DNA from: Albugo candida
Taxonomy: Eukaryota
Assembly: GCA_040437565.1 (NCBI GenBank)
Contig: JBDOQK010000011.1
Location: forward strand, 186,001-250,000
Length of the DNA: 64,000 nt
Direction: 5' to 3'
Part shown: one piece after another, positions 23,025-34,207 of the stretch
Position numbering within the stretch: position 1 is the stretch's first letter
Layout: the number at the start of each line of letters is the position of its first letter
Position numbers and translations under genes: made by a program
The notes under the pieces: model-generated
Database searches by the model: none
The model's input: the letters and a program-made list of their open reading frames with translations, nothing else
What the model was told of the DNA's origin: nothing

Positions 23025-25310
23025 TTATTGCGTGTACAATGCTATTATTTTGCCGATTTGAGCTTTCATTTGCAGATAAATTCGTTCCGCAAGATACTAG
23101 ACATTTTATGAATTAGTGGATGAAATCATGATACAGCACAATACCTTTGCGTGCTGATGCTTCAGCAGGTCCACCTGACCAACCGACTTGAGAGCTGCTA
23201 CTTCGGCTAGCGATTGATAGAGCTGATATAGACGAGATAAGCGCTGAAGCTGTACAAGTTAGCAATACTCGTGGCAAAGTAAAAATGGGTTCGACCTGAG
23301 AGAGAATATCGTGGCTGTACTGAAGGCTCGGTCGAGAGAGAGCATCTTTTTGTCGAAATACTGACCCACTGAGACAAAATTCATGTAGCTGAATCTGCTC
23401 CCGACAATTCCGTGACCGTTGTTCGAGTAGAATATGAACTAAAAGCTGTCAAGCACTCAGGCTTCGGTAGAGGTCTGATGGATCTACGTACACAAGCAGC
23501 AGAACGACGAGCTTGAGCTGGGTTTGTCTCAGCAAGCAGCATTGTGCGATCTAGACATATTGTAATACGTTGAATGTGCTGATCAAATTCCTCAACGCGA
23601 GCTTGCAAAAACGCCTCTAGAGTCTGCGGCGATCCCAAAATCGCACTTTTCCCCGCCTGCCGTTTACGCGATACAAGCTCTTCCAAGTTCAACTGCTCTT
23701 TTTGTTCGTGTACTTGGCATTTCAAGTCTCGTATCTCTGATTGCATTTGTTCCTTGGCATTATGGTGAGCTGCTAGAGCTTTTTTATTCTGAAACACTAG
23801 CTGCTCGGTCGCCTCTTTTTTCTTAGTGTTTAATAGAAAAAGTATACGAGTATGCGTTTCCCACAAGGTCCACGCTTGATGTAATATGCGTTCCTTCAGG
23901 CGAGCTCCAACATGAACGAAAAATCTCCTCATTCTTACTCGTTTGTATGCAACTGTCGACCAAGATTGGATGACTCGGCGGAAGATTCGGAGATGAAAAG
24001 ATCTGGCGACCTGCGAGCGTCGATGCTCAAGTCGCTTGGTCAGTGCATACTCTAACTTCTTGAACGACTGAAGCATTTTGTAAGCTGTGGATCGTCTCCA
24101 AATGGAGAACCCATGTTCCACAAACCTTCTATTGATGCTGAAAATGATCTGACGGAGGAACCACCGTTTTCTGTTTGCCAATTCTGTTTCAAGACGCCAT
24201 TTTGCAAGGATTTTGAAACATTGGCGGAAGTTATGTCGATCCTGAAATCCCTCCACTCTGCAGTTGCAAGCTTGCGATTGCTGACTCGCTATCGCTTTCC
24301 AGCGATAAAAGTGTTGTTGAAACCGATTTTGATGTTTCCACATGTCAAAAGTAGCGATCTGCTGGTGACGGATTCGACGTCGATGTGCCTGAATCCGGAT
24401 ACCCAGTCGCCATGCTGTGAATACTTTGAAAATGAACTGATGCTGCTTACGCTGTATTCTTCGATCAATCAAATTACGTTGAAGAGAGGATGCTGATTGT
24501 TTGCTGATTACCAGAGACTCCTTGGTCTTCTTCCCACTCTCACTGCGAAGGTACATTTCCCGAGCCAATGCACTTCCTTCAAATGGCTGAAATCCGACTA
24601 AAATCTACCAAACGATCATTTTAATACTATCCTCCACAAACAAAATCGCTCACATGATTGGCATCTCGTAGACGCTGTAGTAACCTATTTTTCTCATTTT
24701 GTACACGTTCTCTCTGTCCCGGTGGGAGTGGATACCGCACCACATCTTCATGACTTGATGCCGAAGAGCAAAGTGAAGACGGCGGGTGCATGACAGCGGC
24801 TCGAGCTGGAGAAATTTGTGGGCATGACTCTCCTTCGTCAAATCTCTCATGTAATTCATGCAAGCGTTTATCTGCAACTTCGTCGATCGCAGTGTCTGAG
24901 GATGCTTGCATAAGTAATTCCCGAATTCGTTCACGGACAGACACCAGGGTATGACTTTGGTTCCCTCGTCGAGAAGCCTGACGCTTGATATCAAAAACAA
25001 AAGTCTGTTCGGTATGACCAAACTTGATACGATCACAATGCGCCACGCGTCCTGGAAGCTCCAATAAAGATTCATTCAGATAGCATATACCTAGCTCGCC
25101 TTGGTCATTTCTCTGTGGGGAGAGTATTCCTGAAATACCATCTTCAGCCATAGTGATGACAGCATGCCGATCAAATACAGACAGATCCTCCAAGACGACG
25201 TCACATGAGCGAGTCCGGCCTATGATTGTGCGTTTATGTAGCGGGATGACTGCTGTGTCTGAACAGAGGCACGGCATTAGAGCGTCGTGTGACGCTTTAT
25301 TCGCCAGCAT
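23025..25310 (-). CDS. FHA-domain protein with Sfi1-like Trp repeats and a coiled coil, multi-exon
   Basis: FHA: TIIGRTRSCDVVLEDLSVFDRHAVI...DRIKFG. Repeated (F/L)xxW(R/K) helices: FTAWRL, FDMWKH, FYRWKA, LAKWRL, FSIWRR, IQSWST, WTLWET. Confidence 0.7.
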
Positions 25311-25339
25311 GCATCCTCGTTACATTGCAGTTAATCGGA

Positions 25340-27512
25340 ATGGGTGGCTCTAAGCGATTCTACTATGCTGCCGGTAGAAGTGCTTGGCTGCGAAAAAGCC
25401 TTTTAGAAATCAGTGATGCACTCACACAAGGTCGGATCAGCTCTACTGAGCTCACAAAGCTATGTATCGAGCAGATTGAAAGCATGAAACAGTTAAATGC
25501 GTTCGTGTATACCGACTTTGATCGATCGATTCGATTATCAAAGGAGGCGGATCTGAGGCGAAAAGATGGGAAATCGATTGGGGTTTTGGACGGAATTCCA
25601 ATTGGTGTGAAAGACAACTTTTGTATGAAAAAGGTTCCTACGACTGCGTGCTCCAAAATGCTTGCAGGTACGCCGGTGAGTAAGCCAAGTTATAGAAAAC
25701 AACGATTGCTTGTAGACTTTGTCTCGCCGTACGAATCGACAGCGACTAAACGTTTGCTCGATTCCGGTGCAATTCCAATGGGAAAGCTGAATATGGACGA
25801 GTTTGGAATGGGATCAGGAACACTTTATAGCGAATTTGGTCCGACAAAGAATCCATGGTCATTAGACTGGGATGAACAAGCTGTTGTCGCTGGAGGAAGC
25901 TCGGGAGGAAGTGCAGCTGCAGTGGCTTCTGGTTGTTGTTTTGCAGCGTTGGGATCCGATACTGGAGGCTCAGTGCGTCAGGTAAGAAGGGAATTGAGTT
26001 AACTGTATGAACCAGACCGAATGGATATTTTAGCCTGCAGCATATTGCGGCATAGTTGGATTAAAACCTTCGTACGGTCGTGTCTCTCGGTATGGGCTGA
26101 TTTCATACGCGAGTTCACTGGATACTGTTGGTATCTTGGCCAAAACTGTGGGGTGAATGTGACGAAATTGTCAAGGTCACAAGTAACTGGCTCATATTCG
26201 ATTGTTAGCGATGCTGCTGTGATGCTGGAAGCGATCGNNNNNNNNNNNNNNNNNNNNNNNNNNNNNNNNNNNNNNNNNNNNNNNNNNNNNNNNNNNNNNN
26301 NNNNNNNNNNNNNNNNNNNNNNNNNNNNNNNNNNNNNGCATAGTTGGATTAAAACCTTCGTACGGTCGTGTCTCTCGGTATGGGCTGATTTCATACGCGA
26401 GTTCACTGGATACTGTTGGTATCTTGGCCAAAACTGTGGGGTGAATGTGACGAAATTGTCAAGGTCACAAGTAACTGGCTCATATTCGATTGTTAGCGAT
26501 GCTGCTGTGATGCTGGAAGCGATCGAGGGTCCCGATGGAAAAGACTCAACAGCCTTGCAAACTGACACTTCACTCGACTGGGTGCGTTCGCTCTCAGCTC
26601 CTTCTTTTTAAACACTTACCAGCACTTCGAAGTCTAATGATAAATGGAGTGACCTCATTGTGGGCATCCCAGCGGAATATCATGTGACCGAGCTTTCACC
26701 AGAGATAATCGATGTCTGGAATCAGGGGGTGGAATGGATTCGTCGCGCAGGTTTGTTGTAATCCTGCTTCATCACATTCCTAATTTACTGATTACTCGCG
26801 GAGGTAGGAGCCAAAGTGGTTGAGGTCAGCCTTCCAACGACAAAGCTTTGCCTCCCTTCCTATTATATCCTCGCGTGTGCCGAGGCTTCTTCAAATCTTT
26901 CGCGATATGATGGTGTCCGATTTGGCCATCGCGCTACCGATCCAACAGAGCTTACAACGGGTCTACCTTCAGCCATACTTGACGATTTATATTCTCGCAC
27001 GCGATCGGAAGGCTTTGGAAAAGAAGTTCAGGTACTATGGGCTACAACAAAGTCGAAAAGAGACTAAAGACCTGTTACTGTAGCGGCGTATATTACTCGG
27101 CACATATGTGTTGTCTTCTACAGCAGTTCAGGGATATTATGATCGAGCGTGGGATTTACGACAGCGCATCTGTAGCGATTTCCACCGTGTCTTTGCAAAC
27201 GGAGTTGATCTATTGCTTACTCCCACAACACCTTCAGTTGCGTTCAGTTCAGAGCTTATAAGAGGTGAAAACGATGGATTGAAAATGTATCTGAATGATG
27301 TCATGACAGTTGCAGCCAATCTCGCCGGGCTTCCAGCGATCTCAATACCGGCGCATATTTCTAGCACGGAGTCACTTCCACTTGGTTTACAGCTCATATC
27401 CGCGGCAAACAATGAGCAGAGCTTATTACAGGGAGCACGGATGCTGGAAGTAGCGGTCGCATTTACAAAACAGATCCCTGAACGGGTGTATTCTGGTGAT
27501 AGAGTCCGTTAA
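25340..27512 (+). CDS. QRSL1: Glutamyl-tRNA(Gln) amidotransferase subunit A, mitochondrial (GatA)
   Basis: [88 protein letters not shown]. Confidence 0.95.
26050..26525. repeat. Exact 188-nt duplication across gap 26238-26337
   Basis: 26050-26237 = 26338-26525, inside GatA. Confidence 0.9.
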
Positions 27513-27834
27513 GGCCAATGAAATTGGTTTTAATATCAACAATTTTTGATGAGTTGGCACGAAATCATCGCAACTTTACAGAGTAGTGATAGATACACTG
27601 TTATTTGTCTTTTGTATAAGACGTGTCATGGGTCACTGTCATATGATGGGATCGGTGACTTGCTGCCACAGTGATTAACCCGTAATCAGTTTCTAATACA
27701 ATTACGGCTTGGTAATGCACTTATTGTGTGTGGCGTATAATGCTGACAGCACATGAGCATAATACGTAGTTTTGTCACGACACGTCCGCTACACATTTAT
27801 GTTCGTTGCGCTTGTGTAAATTCAATCAATTTAG

Positions 27835-29640
27835 ATGAATTCGCACAATTCAATTAATCAGATTCTCTTCCGTCAAACGCGTATGACCACTTATGCCGCT
27901 GCACCGATCAAGCTGAGAGAACACTTTCCTGCTAGAAGATGCTTCTATTGGGACTCAACGACTGAATTTCCGGCTTGTCTTCCACCAATTTCAAATAAAA
28001 GTGCAAATAATGTTGTTGTGGAAAAAGTAAAAAATGATGCAAAACGAATCGGATGGCAACAGGCACAAATTGTGTCACTTATCAAAAGTAAATGTCTACC
28101 TCTATCATATTCTTGCAGACATTGCAAGCATCAATTTTCGTTTACGAGAAGATCACATCGCTGTCGTCGTTGTGAACTCAAGTATTGCCACAAATGCTCG
28201 AAATACAAAATGGCTTTACCGGGACACATGCTCAAGTCTCGAGTATGCAAATTGTGCTTTGAGGCGAAAAACATTGACTCAAGACACATTGCTGGATTAT
28301 TCGATAGTTGTTTTTCCATCGACTCATCCATCCCTGGTGTGATATTGAATCATGTAATGAGGTATTTGAGCCCCATTGATGTCGTTTCAGCCTCAATGAC
28401 CTGTCAACATTTGCACACTCAAGCTTACTCGGATGCAATATGGAAACCTATCTACTTGAAGCGCTTCTGTCACAAAGAGAGAATTGAGAATAATTCGATC
28501 TGTGAAATTTCAACGCCATATCAACAAGATCTTCAGAGTATCGAATATGAAGCTTTGTCTTGGTTTAAGAAATATGCCATTCGACACACGGCCCAACAAG
28601 CAGCTCAATCAAATCGAGATCTACAAGTGATGGCAATTCTGTTGGGGTCTCTGGGTCTGAGCAGGTATGCATCCATTTTTGAAAAGGAAGAAATCGACAT
28701 CGAGTCACTTTGTCTAATGAATGCTGGCCATCTTCGAGATTTGGGATTTCCTGTTGGTCCCACAGTGATGCTTCTGAATGCTGCAGCTTGCTTGATCGAT
28801 GATAGTGATGACGAGAATGAAGACGATCCTTTATATTTCTCCAAGTCACCATACAAGCAGAACCGGGATGAAATGAGAGAAGAAAGATCATCACTGGTGC
28901 GGCGTGTGCAGCAATCCGTCGTCCGTATAGCGATTATAACATCGCAGGGAAAATTGTGCAATGTTGGATCAGGCGTTATCGTGCATGCGAGTGGATTGAT
29001 CGCAACAGCATGTCATTGCCTCCAAGGTGAAAACTTCGACTGTATTCAAAGCGATCAGTTCATTATCCTTGTGGCTTTGACTGAATCAACCTCCGCACCT
29101 CCATTATGGAAATATCATGCTACAGCCATACCTGAATGCTGTAATGATGTATTGGATTACGCGCTGATTCGGATCGATTACGAAGTTCTGTCGGACCCAC
29201 CCAGCGGCGTCTATATAGGTCCAGTCTCGAACCGCATCATCTCTTCGAAATGGAATGTGGTGCGCACAGAAGACACTCGTGCAGAAACAATTGAAACATT
29301 GCCCGCACTCCGGCTTGGAGATTCCGACATTGTAGAGCCCGGAGAAGAGATGTGGATGTTTGGTTACCCCAGCAGCGGTCATAACACCATCACCGTCCAC
29401 CATGCCATATGCTCCGGAACTGATTCGCAATTTTACAATGGAATAGAAGTAGACAAAGCAATGTTGCGAACAGCAGCACAATTAGATGATGGATTCAGTG
29501 GAGGACCAGCTGTCAATACTAGAGGTCAATTACTAGGACTGATTTCGTTTAGTGTTTTGCGTCAAGATCGCATGCGGGCGATCAATTTAGTCAAAGAAGC
29601 GATTCACACAGCGTGCAAGATGTATTTTGTAGCTCGTTAA
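27835..29640 (+). CDS. Multidomain protein: FYVE-type zinc finger + F-box + SAM + trypsin-like (HtrA/DegP-type) serine protease, single ORF of 601 aa
   Basis: CRHCKHQFSFTRRSHRCRRCELKYCHKCS...RVCKLC; IPGVILNHVMRYLSPIDVVSASMTCQHLH..SDAIWK; LLGSLGLSRYASIFEKEEIDIESLCLMNAGHLRDLGFPVGP; catalytic triad in TACHC / DYALI / GFSGGP. Confidence 0.88.
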   Translation: MNSHNSINQILFRQTRMTTYAAAPIKLREHFPARRCFYWDSTTEFPACLPPISNKSANNVVVEKVKNDAKRIGWQQAQIVSLIKSKCLPLSYSCRHCKHQFSFTRRSHRCRRCELKYCHKCSKYKMALPGHMLKSRVCKLCFEAKNIDSRHIAGLFDSCFSIDSSIPGVILNHVMRYLSPIDVVSASMTCQHLHTQAYSDAIWKPIYLKRFCHKERIENNSICEISTPYQQDLQSIEYEALSWFKKYAIRHTAQQAAQSNRDLQVMAILLGSLGLSRYASIFEKEEIDIESLCLMNAGHLRDLGFPVGPTVMLLNAAACLIDDSDDENEDDPLYFSKSPYKQNRDEMREERSSLVRRVQQSVVRIAIITSQGKLCNVGSGVIVHASGLIATACHCLQGENFDCIQSDQFIILVALTESTSAPPLWKYHATAIPECCNDVLDYALIRIDYEVLSDPPSGVYIGPVSNRIISSKWNVVRTEDTRAETIETLPALRLGDSDIVEPGEEMWMFGYPSSGHNTITVHHAICSGTDSQFYNGIEVDKAMLRTAAQLDDGFSGGPAVNTRGQLLGLISFSVLRQDRMRAINLVKEAIHTACKMYFVAR

Positions 29641-29714
29641 GTATGTCCGTTTGATATTTAATGGCATTTTACTGTAAGATCATGTGGATCATGTGTACCA
29701 CACTACTAAGCATT

Positions 29715-32313
29715 ATGGACGCGACATCAGCATCGCTGCATGCATCTCCTGTAGATTCCGAGCATATGGAGCAAAATGCGGTCAAGATAGCACTATACCC
29801 GCATAATTACAGAACCGTTGAGATGATTGATATTGATGGAACTGAAATATTCGAGACGTAAGTACGTTTTTTACTCATCCGCCAATTGAGATCATCACAT
29901 TCACAGTGACATCGACAAAAATGAGATATATCTCCACGAGCTTTACAAACTGAAAGAAATGAATGCGAAAGAATATAAGAAAAGCAGTGGAAAGAGACAA
30001 AGAGCCATCATGGAAGTGCAATCGGATCTGAATGACAACGAGCTGTCGGCATTTGGTGATGAAGCTGCCAAGCCGGAGACAGGGAACGACGACATACAGG
30101 ACGATAATGATGAAGAACTTATCGATCCAAGAGTCTACTATCAATCCATCGTCAAAGAACTACAAGCGGCTGTTGTAGAAACAACTCAACTCATCAACAC
30201 GATCGATCTGATTCGTAAAAGGGAGTTTCTGGAGGAAGTGTATTGCATGCGTGAAAATACCGCAATGAAAGTAGACGAAATGGACTATCTGATCAAAGCC
30301 AAGTCTTTGCAGCTAGATGAATGCAGTCACATATTGATGCACGGAGCAAATTCCTTGGACGAAACGATCGGGAAAGAAGGCATCTTTTTCCAGGAAATCT
30401 TACATGTACTGATCAGCTCTTTTTCAATCCATATAAAAAGCATTATCTAGCAAGTTTCTTCTAGCTATTGCAACGATGGAAACTATGCGCCCCGACGCAT
30501 GGAAATATTCCCAAACCGTTCCGTGCTGGAGAGCCTATCGCGGTGGATTGCAGCTATAGTAGCGGTAAATTATCAACATACTTTTCTGATCAATACTTAG
30601 CCTTCTAATCTCGTAGCTGGCTCCAAGTTTGTTCCCCAGAAGCAGAAAATCGAGGATTTGGCTTTCGCAGAGGTGCCTTTTTAACGTCAAATGCTTTCTC
30701 CCATTCAGCAAACTCTATAGCTTAGACGAACAAAAATGGGACTTGTACAAATACAACTTCCAGAAGAATTCATATTCAGAACACTGCGTATTGAACTTGA
30801 CGATGGCGAGAATCGGGCTGGTTACACCTTACCGGCTCCCGCAAAGAAAGAGTTGTGAGTATGCTGCATTCTCCTGAATCGGTCAAAAGCTCATGAGACT
30901 CTAGGATGACCAAGGCTGACTATGAGACATTGAAAAATTGCGAGCAGGATATCCGAAGACAACAAGAATGGAATACGCGAGCGCTTCAGGCAGTTCGATT
31001 CTCTTTTTTTTGCGAGGAGGCTTTTGCGAGTGTCATGCAGGAAACTCTACAAGATGGAGTCAACTGGACCGGCTGCTTATCAACTGATGTAAACACCCTT
31101 TCTCAAGAAAACGAAACGAGTGCCCAGAAAGCACGAGTTAGTTCAAATATATCTGTTCAGCATGTGTTTGAAGATGAAGTAAAGCTGCGCCTTACCGAAC
31201 GATTTTTTCTCACCTTAAGGCTCATCGATATCGATGAGGCAAAAGATGATGCCAGCAGTATCGAGACAAACGACAAAATCGAATCAAAAATCAGCCAAGA
31301 ACGGAACTGTTTTCTACGCAACATGTGCCGGTCAAGCATGATCCTATTACAGGAGCTCGTGCGGCAACAACATGGCCGGCGAATAATTTTCCGCGGTATA
31401 TGCGATGGTGAGACCGGTACTGTAACGGATCCAGTGATATCCGAGAAGAAAGTATTGTCCGAGATTTTGGGCGTCCTGGAACATGCGCTGATGAAGGAAG
31501 AGATTGCGACTTATCTCGATGAACTTTCAGCTGCCTTAAATATGACGCATGATTCAAGTAAAGGACGAACTGTGAACCAGGGATATACACCTCCAATTTG
31601 TGATTCCATTAGAGGAGTTTCGGTCTATCCATGCTGGAAAGCATGTCCGCACGATGCGACTTTGTCGGCACTGGATTTGAAGATTGGTAAAAACTTTGAT
31701 TCCGGTAAGGTGCTCTTCGGCTTCCAACAAGGTATTGAGCGATTGACTGTAGAGATTCTCCTCCGTGGCACGCAAATACAAGTAGAAGATGGTACTTCCA
31801 TCCAGCGTGTGCGTTCTGAGATGGAAAGCTTCAAAAAGCTCGTGGAAACACTGATACTGAAACAATTAGCGTCAGAATTATATCGAGATGTGACCTCATT
31901 CGGTGTGAAGCATACAAAGCTCGAGCTCGATGGAAGGAGTGTTCGTATCATTTTGGCAGGAGAATGGGATGGCAATTGTATCGGGGAAGGCCGTGTGGCA
32001 GACGATCAATTCACCAATGCAATGTGAGCCTTCCACAAATAATCTGAAATGATTGAGCAAGAATGAACTTGAAACATGTAGATATCTGGAGCCGTACTTT
32101 TTGGATAGAAGGCATCTTGATATTCGATGCCTTCTGCGAGGAATGCAGCTCCGATTCAACGATGATGAAAGCGATATGGAGGCTATATCAGCGCCAACCA
32201 GTCATTTGCAGTCCGTCGAATGGGCAGCTATTCCTGGTCGAAGCGATACTCAAAAGGTTCTGAGGCTTTTGCAAGCAGCCGATGTATTGTCTCCCGTATT
32301 TCGGGGTGACTAG
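29715..32313 (+). CDS. MED17: Probable Mediator subunit 17, multi-exon
   Basis: N-terminal VEMIDIDGTEIFE; YQSIVKELQAAVVETTQLINTIDLI; LQRWKL...IAVDCSYSSAGSKF resemble Med17/Srb4 N-terminal blocks. The start is uncertain. Confidence 0.6.
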
Positions 32314-32393
32314 ACCAAGATAACACGCGACTGCGACATAATCAAAGTTCAAAAAAGTTGTCCGACTTCAACTCGTTAAATGACTCTGATCGA

Positions 32394-33366
32394 TCAGTTG
32401 CCATTCTTTTGCCGTTTTGGCTCCTGAGCATCGTGCATACGTGCAGCTTCTCTACCACTGAGTCGCTTGAAAATCCCGTCCATTTGGTCTGTGATAAGAG
32501 TATACGCTCCAGACGCAAGCAGGCCACGATGTACTTGCTCATTCAGACCTCCCGGCGTTGCTCCTTCTTCGGCCATTTCTGTAAAGCTTTCTTTCGATTC
32601 GTATCCGGATTCAGCAAGTGATTTGAAGAAAGACGATATAAAAAATCGAGCGCTTTCTTCGCCTAAGAACGAAAGTTGGGTAAAAGCATCAATCAGTATT
32701 TGAGTGCAAAGGCTATTTATTCCACAGTACCGACTCCGTTGTTGACGTTCCATTGCTGTATATTTGCACAATTGGCATAAAAAAAGCTGATCAATGCTGT
32801 CACACCAGTCTACACAGCAGTGAGATCCTCAGCTTTGAAATTACTTGAGAAACACGCACCAAAGTGGTGATTTCCGACTCATTTTGAACCATAACGGGTG
32901 TACCGATTTCGCTGAGAACCTTTTCAACCATCTCATGCTTTGGGTAGGCAAGCACGGGTCCTGAGCGTTTAGCTGCACTTGGCAGAGGAACTGTTCTTAC
33001 GACCTGCGAGGACGGCAATTGTGTCCAATTTAGCAATTGGTCGAAAGGAATCGTGGCCATCATAGATATAACGATCTTATTTGTAGGAAAGTGAAGTTTT
33101 GGAATCAATTCTTTCGCTACGTTAGGTAAAAGGCCGATGAAAATGACGTCACTATTGTGAATGATCGCTTGGTTGTCATCCAGCACAGTTATGCGCTGAG
33201 GATGCGCGTGAACTAGCGCATCTGACTTTTTCTTTGACCGTGCGGATATGTATACGTGCTGTGGCCTTTTTCCATTCTCACTGCAAAATCCGTTGATTAC
33301 AGCAGACCCAATTTTCCCCGTGCCAATTAGTCCGAACACAAGCGACTCCATTTCGCTTAGGTCCAT
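32394..33366 (-). CDS. Pyrroline-5-carboxylate reductase-like NAD(P)-dependent oxidoreductase, with intron(s)
   Basis: GLIGTGKIGSAVING; DNQAIIHNSDVIFIGLLP; VVRTVPLP; ATPGGLNEQVHRGL. Confidence 0.8.
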
Positions 33367-33478
33367 ACGTCAAAAGGTTCGGTACGATATGTAGATCAGA
33401 TCTTAAAAAGGAATTAGAAAGAAACAGGAGCGCTATTTATTAGCAAACTTAAAGGGTATCGGGAGCCCACTCGAATCA

Positions 33479-34025
33479 CTATTTGCAGAATCTGCTTTTG
33501 ACACATTCTTCATCAAGTTCCGACAAATCTGTGGCATGCACGACAGTATCAACACCCTCAAATTGGCGAATAATTGCGGCTTTGGAAGAAGCGTAAAGCA
33601 TTTTAGATTTGACCGGGGCTGTCTCAGGTGACCTAAAATGCATCAATTCGCATCAGTTACGAAAAGATGTCGAAGATAAGAAGCTTACCATGAAAAGAAG
33701 ACGATCTTGCTCCCTTCGCGATTGTCCGCCGTTTTATATGTCATATCGTATAAAGCATAACGACATCCATCCTGGATCTCTTTTAGGTGATCTGTAAACT
33801 GCTCGTAACCATCTTTATCGCCACCCTCCACTTCCACCTTAATAACTCCATGCTTGTCCAGTGTAAAAACGATGTATCTGCATATTCGGCCTTTTCTCAT
33901 CTTGAATGCTTCAAACTGGGTCATTACATCATCAGTCAATTGCACTGATGTAGCCTTCAGAGATACAAGTGAAACACGTGATACAGTTAGTACTTTTGTG
34001 ATAGATGCTGCGGCATCCTTACCAT
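33479..34025 (-). CDS. Actin-depolymerising factor/cofilin, 3 exons
   Basis: ATG-only exon 1; ATSVQLTDDVMTQFEAFKM...CRYALYD...KIVFFSW|SPETAPVKSKMLYASSK. Confidence 0.92.
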
Positions 34026-34207
34026 CTTGAAAAGGGAATTTCTCGAAACTGGTACTGAAGGCAGAGCCTTTTGATCGTACTTAATCGCGTAACAGCATTA
34101 TTGTGCTCCATTCATTGGACAATAAAGATTGTTAGGTGTATGCTCTATGCATTCTCATCATTTCATATCTAATCTACAAAAAAATCTAAATGACCGATTA
34201 GTACTGC

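Noticed and set aside
26050-26525. Internal repeat in GatA
   Set aside because: It is an exact overlap around a 100-N gap, so an assembly artefact.
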